A DNA stretch of 64,000 nt from an uncultured Candidatus Saccharibacteria bacterium (GCA_964520225.1 CAZFNV010000001.1:72210-136209), one strand, 5' to 3'. Numbered from the stretch's first letter, positions 46,715 through 56,860 are shown. The notes: a model not told the origin generated them from the sequence alone. Numbers and translations: made by a program.

Positions 46715-48310
46715 GTGGAAATATTCAGAAAAATACGCCTATATATACAGTCTACGCCAATCACATTGGAATCCTGGTTAGTGTCTTTTGTCGGAATTGT
46801 GCTAGTAAGGATTTCTTTTGAGCAATTTTCGAGCTATCTACCCCGACATTTTGTGCTTTTAGACTTGCCGACAATTATGCACTACGCGTACGCCTTCCTC
46901 GCGATCAGTGCTCTATTTATGGTGATCATGAGAATTTTCACCAATCTAAGCCTCCACGAGATAATCGTAAGCTCGACTTTTGCACTGCTAATAATATGGA
47001 TCCCCCCGGTATTCGACTTAGCGTCGAGCGGAATAGGTGGACACACTATTGGTTATATTTTTGTGTCGGGACCAGAGCTGTTAGCCAGGTTCACAATGTT
47101 CTTCGGCGCCAACACCACCACTGGAGCCACTTTGGGTGTTCAGCTAGAAATAATTTTGGCCCTGATTATATGTTTCACGTACATTTTTCTTATCACTAAA
47201 AATATCTGGCGTAGCTTGGGAGCAACGATTTCTTTCTACTGCGCTATTTTTTTCTTATTTAATTTACCTTCATTCATAGCCCTGGCGTTACCAGCAGGCG
47301 CCACGCCATTTGATACCATAGCCAGAGCGCTCGCCGATTCTAATATAATCCAAAACAATATTCACCCTGAGTGGAGCACAACGCGCCTAGCGCTAGTGCA
47401 TCTTGGATTCAATAAAGCAATGGCTGGCGTACACATTATAATTGTGATGCTTTCGGTGGTTCTACTGGCTTATCTAGACATGCGTACCAAGTTTATTGCT
47501 GTAGCTAAAAATAGCCGAGTACTCCGACTAGCTTGCTACTGTCTGATGTTTGTTTTCGGAAGCCTACTGGCTGGTGAGAATCTTGGAGGCTGGGTAGATA
47601 TTCAGGGTTATATTTTGGCGCTCATATCTATAGTTTGCGCTTGTATATTCAGCATATGCCAGAACGACCTTCACGACGAAGAGATCGACAGGATTTCTAA
47701 TGCTTCTCGCCCACTCGTATCTGGGAAATTATCACGAGAGGATATGTCCTTGGTTTCAAAAATATTTTTATTGTTCAGCCTTATGACCGCCTATGTGGCT
47801 GGTCATTATGTGTTGGTGTTCATTTCCATTTTTATACTTCTCTACTATATTTATTCCAACCCGCCCCTGCGCCTCAAAAGAATTCCGATACTTAGCTCTT
47901 TATTGATAGGCCTAGCATGTATGTCGCTAATAATGGCAGGGTTTTTTTTGATGAGTGAAGACAAAAACATTGTCGCTTTTCCGGTAGAATTAATTTTACC
48001 CACAATACTATTATTTACATTGGCATCCAGCATACGAGATATAAAGGACGTAGAAGGAGATAGTGCTTCTGGCATATACACCCTGCCCGTACTGCTTGGC
48101 GTAGAAAAAACAAAAAAATTACTCGGGGGACTAATGTTCATACCAATACTTATTTCACCTGTGTTTTTTGACTCGGCAACTTTATGGTTACCAGCCATCG
48201 TGACCAGTATACTTTCTTGGTATTTTATAAATGCCAAGAATTATGCGGAGTGGAAAATTTTTGTTTTATATATTATATATTTCACAATAATTATTGTGAG
48301 TGTATTTTAA
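46715..48310 (+). CDS. UbiA-family prenyltransferase fused to an additional N-terminal multi-TM domain (GTG start)
   Basis: NDLHDEEIDRISNASRPLVSG (UbiA NDxxDxxxD) in the C-terminal half; about 14 TM segments in total. Confidence 0.6.
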   Translation: MEIFRKIRLYIQSTPITLESWLVSFVGIVLVRISFEQFSSYLPRHFVLLDLPTIMHYAYAFLAISALFMVIMRIFTNLSLHEIIVSSTFALLIIWIPPVFDLASSGIGGHTIGYIFVSGPELLARFTMFFGANTTTGATLGVQLEIILALIICFTYIFLITKNIWRSLGATISFYCAIFFLFNLPSFIALALPAGATPFDTIARALADSNIIQNNIHPEWSTTRLALVHLGFNKAMAGVHIIIVMLSVVLLAYLDMRTKFIAVAKNSRVLRLACYCLMFVFGSLLAGENLGGWVDIQGYILALISIVCACIFSICQNDLHDEEIDRISNASRPLVSGKLSREDMSLVSKIFLLFSLMTAYVAGHYVLVFISIFILLYYIYSNPPLRLKRIPILSSLLIGLACMSLIMAGFFLMSEDKNIVAFPVELILPTILLFTLASSIRDIKDVEGDSASGIYTLPVLLGVEKTKKLLGGLMFIPILISPVFFDSATLWLPAIVTSILSWYFINAKNYAEWKIFVLYIIYFTIIIVSVF

Positions 48311-48312
48311 AT

Positions 48313-49086
48313 ATGAAAAATCATCGGGCGAAAAAATCTCTAGGGCAAAATTTCTTGAAATCCACTAGCGCCTTGCGGGCGATAGTAGAAGCAGGAGAGA
48401 TAAAGAGTGGAGAAACTGTGCTTGAAATTGGCCCCGGCAAAGGAGCGCTTACAGAACAGCTTCTAGCTAGTAGCACTCAGGTGATAGCTGTCGAGAAAGA
48501 CAGACAACTTGTAGAACTATTAAAAAATAAATTCGCAAAAGAAATCGAAGCCGGGAAATTAGTGCTAATTAATGATGATATTTTAGAATTTCTTCCTAGC
48601 GCCTACAGCCTAAAGCCTAGTGCCTACAAAGTTATCGCCAACATTCCGTACAACATCACCGGCGCCATAATAAAAAAATTCCTAACTGGAAACGAACAAC
48701 CTGAGAGGATGGTACTCATGGTGCAAAACGAAGTTGCGAAAAGGATCGTAGCTTCTGATAAAAAGGAGAGCCTTCTTTCTGTTTCAGTGAAAGCATACGG
48801 AAACCCTGAAATAATTCTGAAGGTGCCAGCGCGGTACTTCTCTCCAGCGCCTCAAGTAGATTCGGCGGTAATAGTGATCAAAAACATTTCCCGTGAATTT
48901 TTCACAGAAAATAAAATTTCTGAAGCACGATTCTGGGAGGTGGCACATGCCGGATTTGCCCATAAACGCAAAAAGCTTTCTGGCAACCTAAAGGGGATAG
49001 TAAGTGAAGACTCACAAAGATCTATAGGTGATAAGCGGGCAGAAGACCTGTCTCTTTCAGACTGGGTTAAAATATGTCGAGCATAA
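48313..49086 (+). CDS. rsmA: 16S rRNA (adenine1518/1519-N6)-dimethyltransferase
   Basis: LGQNFL, VLEIGPGKGALTE (SAM binding) and NIPYNIT motifs. The start is taken at the ATG at 48313. Confidence 0.85.
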   Translation: MKNHRAKKSLGQNFLKSTSALRAIVEAGEIKSGETVLEIGPGKGALTEQLLASSTQVIAVEKDRQLVELLKNKFAKEIEAGKLVLINDDILEFLPSAYSLKPSAYKVIANIPYNITGAIIKKFLTGNEQPERMVLMVQNEVAKRIVASDKKESLLSVSVKAYGNPEIILKVPARYFSPAPQVDSAVIVIKNISREFFTENKISEARFWEVAHAGFAHKRKKLSGNLKGIVSEDSQRSIGDKRAEDLSLSDWVKICRA

Positions 49087-49087
49087 T

Positions 49088-50047
49088 TTGCTACTGTGCA
49101 CTAAAACAGTGTATAATTTCTGTATTAATAAATTATTTTGGGCGAAAAACAAGATAGCTATCTTGGTTGCCTTAGCGGTAATCTTTTTGGCTGGTTTGTT
49201 TTGGAGCAAAAATCAAACTGAGTTTAGTAACCCTGATAATATGAGGGGTCTAGTGTATAGCAACACCCCCCTTGAGGATCTTGTGACTAAAGACACAGAC
49301 GGAGACGGGGTGCTCGATTGGGAAGAAGCACTCTGGGGCACAGACCCAACCAAAACGGATACTGATGGTGACGGGATAACAGACAAAGAAGAAATAGAGG
49401 GGCTCAAGGCAGAGGCGGGCGTGGATCCAGATTCTATAATATTCTCAGCTAACGCAGAAAACCTAACTGAAACTGACAAATTTGCACGCGAACTTTTTAC
49501 CACAGCAGCGGCCCTTAGCCAGGGAGGCGCATTAGATGAAGAGACTATCGACGCAATTGGTAATTCTTTAGCAGAAAACTTTTATACATCGAAACAAAGG
49601 AAAATTTTTACTATAACCGACATAAAGACGATTGATAATGAGAGTAAAGAGACAACCCTAGAATACGGAAAACAGTTGGGCACAATACAAGAAAAATACC
49701 CCCTCGGCAAGGCTGAAGATGTGGCCTTTACATTATTAAACTCCATAACCCCTGAGGGCGAAACTGATGTTGCGGCACTAAACAAACTCGACCCAACAAT
49801 AAACCAGTTGAATAATATAGTGAGAGAACTCGCAATTACAGATACGCCTAGATATATAGCGCCCATGCATCTATTGATTATAAATGAATTTCAGCATCTT
49901 TCTGAAAACATCTCCGATATGAAGAAAATAGAAGATGACCCGGTGGTGGCGTTGGGAGCGATAAATACATATGAAGAGAATTTAAGCGAGATATCTATAT
50001 ACTTAAGACAGCTTTTTATGTTGATAAATATGAAATTGAATAGTTGA
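49088..50047 (+). CDS. Membrane-anchored protein with thrombospondin-type-3-like Ca-binding DxDGDG repeats; first gene of the T4SS-like locus (start uncertain: TTG 49088 or GTG 49109)
   Basis: TM segment IAILVALAVIFLAGLFW followed by DTDGDGVLDWEE and DTDGDGITDKEE. Confidence 0.45.
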   Translation: MLLCTKTVYNFCINKLFWAKNKIAILVALAVIFLAGLFWSKNQTEFSNPDNMRGLVYSNTPLEDLVTKDTDGDGVLDWEEALWGTDPTKTDTDGDGITDKEEIEGLKAEAGVDPDSIIFSANAENLTETDKFARELFTTAAALSQGGALDEETIDAIGNSLAENFYTSKQRKIFTITDIKTIDNESKETTLEYGKQLGTIQEKYPLGKAEDVAFTLLNSITPEGETDVAALNKLDPTINQLNNIVRELAITDTPRYIAPMHLLIINEFQHLSENISDMKKIEDDPVVALGAINTYEENLSEISIYLRQLFMLINMKLNS

Positions 50048-50076
50048 CAATAGCGTTCTATAATTAGAGTAACATT

Positions 50077-51837
50077 ATGCTAAAGAAGCTGATAAAAAAA
50101 TGGAGGGTTGAAAAGTTTATAGCTGGGCTAATGATATGCGCTATCCTCACGCCTGTGTTCGCAACCTTTATGGCACCGCGACAGGTGGAAGCCCAGTATG
50201 TTGACCCCTTTAATGCTGGCGCCTGGATTAAAGATTTGATAAACCAGACATTTAAACAAATAAAAATGCACGTGGGGAGAATACTACTCAACAGGCTCAA
50301 CCAAAGCGTTACGAAATGGATAGCTTCAGGATTCCACGGCAACCCCTTCTACCTAGAGAATTCGAAGTCGTTTTTCAAAGATATAGTTAAATATGAGGTG
50401 AAGAATATAGTAGATACTTATGCATACAATAGGGACAAGTTCCCGTTCGGGCGTAGTTTTGCTTTAAACACAATCTCTGCTTATCAACGCAACCTAGAAG
50501 ACAACACAGCCTACACTCTCAGCCGAGTTATTAATGACCCGGTTTTCCTGGAAAACTATAGAAATGATTTCAATGTGGGTGGATGGGATGGATTCTTCAT
50601 CAACACCCAGTATCCGCAGAACAACTATATAGGCTTTCAGATGCTCGCAACAGAAGAGTTGGCGCGCAAGCTAGACGGAACCGCTCAAACTGCAGCCCAG
50701 AAAGTAAACACTATACTTGAGCAAAGTGGAGGATTTTTAGCTCCGCAGGTATGTGCAGACCCTGGCACAAAATACAACAATGGTAAAAACGAATTCTTGC
50801 AACCAAGATTTGATATGGCAAAATTTGAAAGAGACAATCCTTATAACTGTGATTCCTCTGATTCTCTGGGTTTCGCAATTTGTAATGACCAATGGAACGC
50901 AAAGCTTGAAAAAGAAAAAGCCGACTGGGCGAAAGATAACACTTGTAAAAACTTAGTGACCACGACCCCTGGGAGTGTGGTAGCTAACCAGATAGAAACA
51001 ACCCTGCAATCCAAGATAAGACAAACAGAGCTAGCTGCTGCTATGGGTAACGCTCTGGCAACAGGATTCGGACTTTTGTTAGACAGCCTTCTTCAGAAAG
51101 GCCTGACCAAGTTAGGAGGTGTGCTAGATTCCACGGCAGGCACAGATACGGTTAACCTTAGACCTAATGCTGTAGGGGGAAGTGGGGTAAATGTAGAAAC
51201 GTGCCAGAGCGTGGGCTCAAGCATCGCAACAGGTAACGCATCCGGCTACACCCAAGAAGGCGAGTACCTGAACCTAGACATCGAACTAAACAACTCCGGA
51301 GCAAGCGAATCTTGCACTAGCGTAAGCGTGCCAGGAGGAACACCGCCAGATTTGTCGGAATTTAATCGATACCCCATTCCTGGCGGTGGCAGTGTAGATA
51401 ACCCTCCTCCGGCTGGTGGCTGTGGTGGAGGCGACAACGAACATTGCACCTGTAAAGCCAATAACGATCTAGATGGTTTGGGGCTGGGTATATTCTCGAA
51501 ATACAGAGCGGCTGTGGTGGCAGCGAGAGATGCAGTACATGCTAACCCAAGCCCAGCAGTCGGACTTGATGCCAACGGCAACTTCCTAGGCTATTCATAT
51601 GGTGACACTTATGCTAAAGCCATAGTCTGCGAGCTTCGCAAAGCAGGCTACCTAGCCGACGGAGTGAACGATGAGATAGGTGTGGCGCGAACAGGTGACA
51701 CCTTCCAAGAAAACTTCGATGTATATTCTAGCATCGGGCTCGTCAATGTCCGCTTCATGGCGTTCTGCACCAGCTTAAATGGCGATGGAGCCTACCCAGA
51801 ATTCAGCACTAGCGGCCGAGGATTCACTTGCCAGTAA
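50077..51837 (+). CDS. Secreted hypothetical protein (586 aa) with Cys pairs and Gly/Pro-rich segments
   Basis: Signal peptide IAGLMICAILTPVFATFMAPRQVEAQ. Confidence 0.5.
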   Translation: MLKKLIKKWRVEKFIAGLMICAILTPVFATFMAPRQVEAQYVDPFNAGAWIKDLINQTFKQIKMHVGRILLNRLNQSVTKWIASGFHGNPFYLENSKSFFKDIVKYEVKNIVDTYAYNRDKFPFGRSFALNTISAYQRNLEDNTAYTLSRVINDPVFLENYRNDFNVGGWDGFFINTQYPQNNYIGFQMLATEELARKLDGTAQTAAQKVNTILEQSGGFLAPQVCADPGTKYNNGKNEFLQPRFDMAKFERDNPYNCDSSDSLGFAICNDQWNAKLEKEKADWAKDNTCKNLVTTTPGSVVANQIETTLQSKIRQTELAAAMGNALATGFGLLLDSLLQKGLTKLGGVLDSTAGTDTVNLRPNAVGGSGVNVETCQSVGSSIATGNASGYTQEGEYLNLDIELNNSGASESCTSVSVPGGTPPDLSEFNRYPIPGGGSVDNPPPAGGCGGGDNEHCTCKANNDLDGLGLGIFSKYRAAVVAARDAVHANPSPAVGLDANGNFLGYSYGDTYAKAIVCELRKAGYLADGVNDEIGVARTGDTFQENFDVYSSIGLVNVRFMAFCTSLNGDGAYPEFSTSGRGFTCQ

Positions 51838-51910
51838 GATATTGCTGACAAAGCAATGGGTTATAAAGTGTAAAGTTGAAAATTGTAAGGTTTGTGATAT
51901 AATACAGCAC

Positions 51911-52129
51911 ATGAAATCGCGAAATTTTACAGCCCTATTTAAGAAAGTTGGCAAGTTCTATGCCGCTTGGGTAGAGGAAGTGCCTGGAGTAAACACCCAA
52001 GGCAAAACTCTGAATGAAGCTCGCGAGAATCTAAAAGAAGCTTTGATGTTAGTCCTAGAAACTCAGCGGCACATAGTCCAAAAAGAAGCAGGCGCTGGCT
52101 ATATAAAAAGAGAAGTGCTCTTTGCATAA
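51911..52129 (+). CDS. hicB: HicB-family antitoxin (UPF0150)
   Basis: FTALFKKVGKFYAAWVEEVPGVNTQGKTLNEARENLKEAL. The start is taken at the internal ATG at 51911. Confidence 0.65.
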   Translation: MKSRNFTALFKKVGKFYAAWVEEVPGVNTQGKTLNEARENLKEALMLVLETQRHIVQKEAGAGYIKREVLFA

Positions 52130-52138
52130 AAACCCCTT

Positions 52139-52333
52139 ATGAAACGCACCGACTTAATAACACACCTGAGAAAAAACGGTGTGATCTTTTTGAGAGAGGG
52201 AAATTCTCATAGTGTTTACTATAATCCAGAAAATGGCCGGGCTTCTACCATACCGAGACACTCCGAGATAAACACTTTCACTGGCCGAAAAATCTGTCGA
52301 GACCTTGGTGTACCTTTGATCCAAATGAGGTAA
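52139..52333 (+). CDS. hicA: HicA-family mRNA interferase toxin
   Basis: KRTDLITHLRKNGVIFLREGNSHSVYYNPENGRASTIPRHSEIN...LGV pattern; 9 nt after hicB. Confidence 0.65.
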   Translation: MKRTDLITHLRKNGVIFLREGNSHSVYYNPENGRASTIPRHSEINTFTGRKICRDLGVPLIQMR

Positions 52334-52434
52334 CTTCTATTCAGAAGACACCGAAAAGCAAAAGGCTGTACACTTAAAATAAAAATAGTGTTAAAATAAA
52401 GAGGTGGGTCCCGTAGTAGATTTTTATTACGATT

Positions 52435-52704
52435 ATGTTCTATGTATACATAATTGAAAGTGTAGTCGGGAAAAACTTATATATCGGCTTCACTAAAGAT
52501 CTCAAGAAAAGACTACTGGAACATAATCAAGGGTTAAATTTTTCTACTAAAAGATATGGTAAATGGAACATTATATACTACGAAGCCTGCGCAGAAGAAA
52601 GCGATGCTAGGCGCAGAGAAAAATACCTAAAAACAACACAAGGAGGGAGGTTGAGAAAAAGAAGAATAAAGGATTATTTATATAAATTGAAAAATTTAAC
52701 ATAA
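52435..52704 (+). CDS. Small stand-alone GIY-YIG nuclease domain protein (second copy)
   Basis: FYVYIIESVVGKNLYIGFTKDLKKRLLEHN...EKYLK. Confidence 0.65.
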   Translation: MFYVYIIESVVGKNLYIGFTKDLKKRLLEHNQGLNFSTKRYGKWNIIYYEACAEESDARRREKYLKTTQGGRLRKRRIKDYLYKLKNLT

Positions 52705-52721
52705 TAAAAATTCACTACAGG

Positions 52722-52811
52722 ATGAAAAGGGTCTGGTTAACAATTCCAATATTCGCACTCGTGCTCTTTTTTGCTTTCTTTGGTGGAGTAAGCGATGCGG
52801 GGGCGGAGGAG
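52722..52811 (+). pseudogene. Duplicated 5-prime end (signal-peptide coding, 30 codons and then a stop) of the TrbL/VirB6-like gene. It is about 90% identical to 53446-53530 and forms an ~89-bp direct repeat flanking the NYN gene.
   Basis: MKRVWLTIPIFALVLFFAFFGGVSDAGAEE* compared with MKRYLLTIPIFALVLFFAFFGGVSDAGAQ... in the downstream gene. Confidence 0.6.
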
Positions 52812-52822
52812 TAAAATAAAAA

Positions 52823-53362
52823 ATGGATAAAGAGCAAGCAAAAAACATAGCTTTCATAGATGGCCAAAATTTATATATGGCAACAAAAGAAAGCGTGGAG
52901 CCTTGGTCTGTCGATTTTACTCGTTTTCGTATTTACTTATTACAAAAGTATGGCGTTGAACGTGCGTATTACCATCTGGGATATTTAGATGAAGAAAATC
53001 AAGATTTATACGAACAAATTCAAAATGCAGGATTTATTTTAGTATTTAAAAAACATAATCCTGCTATGATGGGTAAGAAGAAGGGAAACGTCGATTCTGA
53101 CATAATTTTTTCTGCCATGAGACGCGTCTATAAAAAAGAGAATTTCGATAAAGTTATATTTGTTTCAGGAGATGGTGATTATAAGGCTTTGGTAGATTTC
53201 TTGATTGAAGAGAACAGGTTTGCAAAAATACTCTTCCCAAGCAGGAGAAACTATTCGTCTCTATATAAAGCACTATCAAATAATTTTTTCGCTTTCCTAG
53301 ATAATCCAGACACAAAAGATAAAATAGAGCATAAAAAAGAAAAGGGTGCCTTAGGTAATTAA
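52823..53362 (+). CDS. NYN-domain (LabA-like) protein (second copy), lying between the two copies of the TrbL 5-prime repeat
   Basis: IAFIDGQNLY...VIFVSGDGDYKALVDFL. Its SD (GAGGAG) is supplied by the end of the upstream repeat copy. Confidence 0.7.
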   Translation: MDKEQAKNIAFIDGQNLYMATKESVEPWSVDFTRFRIYLLQKYGVERAYYHLGYLDEENQDLYEQIQNAGFILVFKKHNPAMMGKKKGNVDSDIIFSAMRRVYKKENFDKVIFVSGDGDYKALVDFLIEENRFAKILFPSRRNYSSLYKALSNNFFAFLDNPDTKDKIEHKKEKGALGN

Positions 53363-53445
53363 CCTTTCGGACCCCTTTTCGTCGTAATATATACATGTTA
53401 GCAGATAGATAAAAAAAGTCAACAGTGTTAAAATATAATCACCGG

Positions 53446-55914
53446 ATGAAAAGATACTTGTTAACAATTCCAATATTCGCGCTCGTGCTCTTTTTTGCTT
53501 TCTTTGGCGGAGTAAGCGATGCGGGGGCGCAGACGACAACATCCGCACCGAATGAAGTTGTGGGAACTTGCACGGTAACTTACTATGTAATCGTGGCTGG
53601 TGGTGGAATCTCAAAAATTGGCACACAAACACTACCTAATATGACAGTAAGTGAGTGCGACCTCTTTAAAGAACCGAGCAATGGCAGCATCCCGTCTGTG
53701 GTTGGTGCTAAATATACCACAGCGGTAAATGACCGCATACGCACTAAGCCTGGGGACGTAACACCTACTGGCATAGTGCCAACCAGCAACTCCGAAGATC
53801 CTAACGCCTTTCAAAACAGCATCAACGAGGGATGCCCTAGTATAATAAGAGGCACTCTAACTGGCTGTCTTTTAAAATTTATTTACTATTTTTACTTCCA
53901 ACTACCAACATTCATTTTGTATGTTGCGGCGTATGTTTTTAATATATTAATGTCGCTGGTGATACAAGACTCAATGTATCAGCATGATTTTATTAACAAC
54001 GCATGGAGCGTGGTACGAGATCTTTCAAATGTATTCTTTATATTGATACTACTTTATATCGGAATAAAAACTGTGCTTGGTATGGGCGGACATGAAACAA
54101 AAAAGGTTATTACATCAGTTGTGCTCATGGCGCTACTAATAAACTTTTCGATGTTCTTCACGCGTATTGTGATCGACTCGTCCAACATGCTGGCATTAAT
54201 ATTTTATCGTGAGTTAGACACTAAATATGAAACAGAAACTGGAGAAAAGGTGGAAAGGCCGTTCACATCTGTTACGCCAGGTAAAGAAAAGGACGCAGCG
54301 GGTGCATTATATTCAAAATTTGATGCCACGCGCTTAATGAGACAAGAGGTTGTAAGTCAGATTGGTGCAACTACCGTTAATAGCATACCTGTGCTGGGAA
54401 ATCTAGAAAGCTTTGGAATAAAGTTCGGGATCATTGTTGTTTCAGGAACCATCATGATAGTCGCGGCGTATGTGTTTTTTGTTTCGGGGATTTTCTTCCT
54501 AGGAAGGATTATTGACCTGTGGATACTGATGATCACTGCACCGTTTGCATTTATGTCTTACGCATTACCGAGCCTTGCGCACACAGAATACGGCTGGAGT
54601 AAGTGGACCGAGAAGCTAATTTCAGTAGCATTTATGGCCCCGGCGTTTATGTTTTTCTTGTATTTAATATTTTTAATACTTGGAACGAAAAATTTCTTTA
54701 GTGGCTTCATAGACCCTAGCAACACATCGTGGATTGGAATACTTATGGGGATATTCCTTCCCGCGGCAATAATTCTTGGCTTACTACTAAAAGCAAAAGA
54801 CTTAGCCAAAAAGGCTGGAGGACAATTTGGAGAGACCGTTATGTCGGGAGCTAAATTGGCGGGAGGTCTTGCGCTTGGCGCTACTGGCGCCGGAGTGGCA
54901 GCTTTGGGAACTAGATATGTTGGAGGCGCTGCAATGAAAACTCTCGCCGACAAAGGGTTACGAGAAAGGGCGCTGAGTGGAGACACTGCTGCTCAAAAAG
55001 AGATAGAGCGAGCGGGAAGAAATGTGAATAGAAGTTTCGACTTCCGCGACACCAAGCTAGGTAAATTTGTGGCCGATAAATCTGGTGTCAAATTTACTGA
55101 AGGAAGAATATCTTCCATGCTGGGTCTTGATACTCATGCATTTGAAGGCGGAATAGCCGGACAAATCAAGCATGCCAAAGAGCATGAGGAGAAAAATATA
55201 AAAGCATATATGCTGAGCGCGGGCGAAGCTAATGAGCAAGACACAAAGGCTGAGATTGCAAATAAGGAAATAGAAGAGAGGCAGAAACAATACAACAAGG
55301 AACTCAAGAAGGCAAGAGAGACAGACCCACTATTGGATGAAGATAAATTCAAAGAAGAATTTGTTAAAAACAACGGTAGCCTAGAGAAAGTGGCGACAGC
55401 GAAAGATATTAATGACGATATAAAGAGAAGATACTTTGCTCAGAAAGAAAGCCACCACGACGCAGAGGGATTAAAGGCGGCAATGAAAGATTTAGTAAAG
55501 GCATTAAAAACAACAGGTAAGGCGTCTGGGGCAGGTATGGCAGGATCAGCGGCAATGGGGGCTTATACCGGAGGCGCCGCTGGGGCTCTTGGTGCAGTAA
55601 CAGTAACTGGGGCTGTGCTTGGAACCGGTATACCGATAGCAGGTGGAATGTTCTTGAAAAAATTGAAAAATGTCTTGAAGAACGAAGGCGCTATACATGC
55701 CTACGGATTAGCAGAAGCAAAGAGACCGAAAAGCAATAAAGAGAAATTAGCGGAAGCAGTTAAAGAACTAGGACTTGATAATAAGAAAGAGAGTCATGGA
55801 GGCGGTGGTGGGCACGCACCGTCACATTCCGCACCGCCACACAAAGAAGAATCTCATGGTCCAACTGGAGGCGACCACGGCAGTGGAGGAGATCATGGTA
55901 ATGGCCATAACTAA
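53446..55914 (+). CDS. TrbL/VirB6-like polytopic membrane protein of the T4SS-like system, with a secreted N-terminal domain and a Gly/Ala/His-rich C-terminal tail
   Basis: Signal peptide followed by ~6-7 TM helices in the TrbL-like arrangement (FILYVAAYVFNIL..., LILLYIGIKTVLG, VVLMALLINFSMFF, IVVSGTIMIVAAYVFFVSGIFFLG, WILMITAPFAFMSYAL, FMAPAFMFFLYLIFLILG). The start is taken at the ATG at 53446; leaderless after TATAAT. Confidence 0.6.
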   Translation: MKRYLLTIPIFALVLFFAFFGGVSDAGAQTTTSAPNEVVGTCTVTYYVIVAGGGISKIGTQTLPNMTVSECDLFKEPSNGSIPSVVGAKYTTAVNDRIRTKPGDVTPTGIVPTSNSEDPNAFQNSINEGCPSIIRGTLTGCLLKFIYYFYFQLPTFILYVAAYVFNILMSLVIQDSMYQHDFINNAWSVVRDLSNVFFILILLYIGIKTVLGMGGHETKKVITSVVLMALLINFSMFFTRIVIDSSNMLALIFYRELDTKYETETGEKVERPFTSVTPGKEKDAAGALYSKFDATRLMRQEVVSQIGATTVNSIPVLGNLESFGIKFGIIVVSGTIMIVAAYVFFVSGIFFLGRIIDLWILMITAPFAFMSYALPSLAHTEYGWSKWTEKLISVAFMAPAFMFFLYLIFLILGTKNFFSGFIDPSNTSWIGILMGIFLPAAIILGLLLKAKDLAKKAGGQFGETVMSGAKLAGGLALGATGAGVAALGTRYVGGAAMKTLADKGLRERALSGDTAAQKEIERAGRNVNRSFDFRDTKLGKFVADKSGVKFTEGRISSMLGLDTHAFEGGIAGQIKHAKEHEEKNIKAYMLSAGEANEQDTKAEIANKEIEERQKQYNKELKKARETDPLLDEDKFKEEFVKNNGSLEKVATAKDINDDIKRRYFAQKESHHDAEGLKAAMKDLVKALKTTGKASGAGMAGSAAMGAYTGGAAGALGAVTVTGAVLGTGIPIAGGMFLKKLKNVLKNEGAIHAYGLAEAKRPKSNKEKLAEAVKELGLDNKKESHGGGGGHAPSHSAPPHKEESHGPTGGDHGSGGDHGNGHN

Positions 55915-55919
55915 AATAT

Positions 55920-56858
55920 ATGGATGAAAACAAAGAAAAAATTATAAAGGAAGGATTTAATAAACTCCCAGAGCGGATTCGGGAATTTATTCTGTCTGAA
56001 TTTTTCGAAACGTCTCTATTAGAGATAGAGCAGAAATATCAACTAAACCCAGAACAATCGAGCCTTTTAGAACAAGATACAACTTTTGTAGTTATGGGCT
56101 TACTTGGACCAGGAGATTATAGAACAGAATTGTCGCGCAACCTGAATTTTGACCAAGTCAAAATAGACCTAGTCGCAAAAGATGTGGAGCAGAAAATATT
56201 TTCTGCTCTAAATAAAGAGGCACTGGAAGTATCGAGCGAACCAACGCCCGATATGTCCGGCGCGCTGGATCCGCGGATACAAAAACTTCCCGAGGGAATA
56301 AAAAAGATTATTGAAGATTCGAAATATCAGTCTGCACTCTACGATGTGGCTCGCGCCCACAAGCTCAGCATCAGCCAGATGGGCACGCTTGAGCGCCTAA
56401 CCACCGACCTAATAACCGGCACCACCCGGCCTGAAGACTTCCAGAAAACCTTGGCGCGAAGTTTTGCTCTACCTCCAGAAGAAATAGCCAAGCTAGCTGA
56501 TGAAGTAAATAATAAAGTCTTCCGTAAAATTCGCGAGGGGCTAATGATAATGTCGGGTAGAAATCCATCAGAGATAGTAGAACAGCCAGTGGAGCTACCA
56601 GCTGAAGACAAGTCACTACTCAAAACTCACGGCATAGAGGTAGTAGATGAGGTGGCGCCAGAAGAGCCCGAGGTGCACCCGCTCATCGCCCAAAAACTTT
56701 CCGCCCCACTCCAAGTGCCGATAATCAAGACAGACCACAGCCCAACTCCGGCGCCAATAGCTACAACAGAGGCTAAATCTGCCCCAGCACCAGCCGCAAA
56801 ACCAGAATCTAAACCTTACGCCAAAGGCTCAGACCCATACAGGGAAATACCGGAATAA
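55920..56858 (+). CDS. Hypothetical cytoplasmic acidic protein with a Pro/Ala-rich C-terminus
   Basis: ORF only. Confidence 0.45.
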   Translation: MDENKEKIIKEGFNKLPERIREFILSEFFETSLLEIEQKYQLNPEQSSLLEQDTTFVVMGLLGPGDYRTELSRNLNFDQVKIDLVAKDVEQKIFSALNKEALEVSSEPTPDMSGALDPRIQKLPEGIKKIIEDSKYQSALYDVARAHKLSISQMGTLERLTTDLITGTTRPEDFQKTLARSFALPPEEIAKLADEVNNKVFRKIREGLMIMSGRNPSEIVEQPVELPAEDKSLLKTHGIEVVDEVAPEEPEVHPLIAQKLSAPLQVPIIKTDHSPTPAPIATTEAKSAPAPAAKPESKPYAKGSDPYREIPE

Positions 56859-56860
56859 TA

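Noticed and set aside
49028-49087. GTG start of the T4SS first gene overlapping the last 59 nt of rsmA
   Set aside because: A start after the rsmA stop (TTG 49088 or GTG 49109) still gives the full signal-anchor and is more parsimonious.
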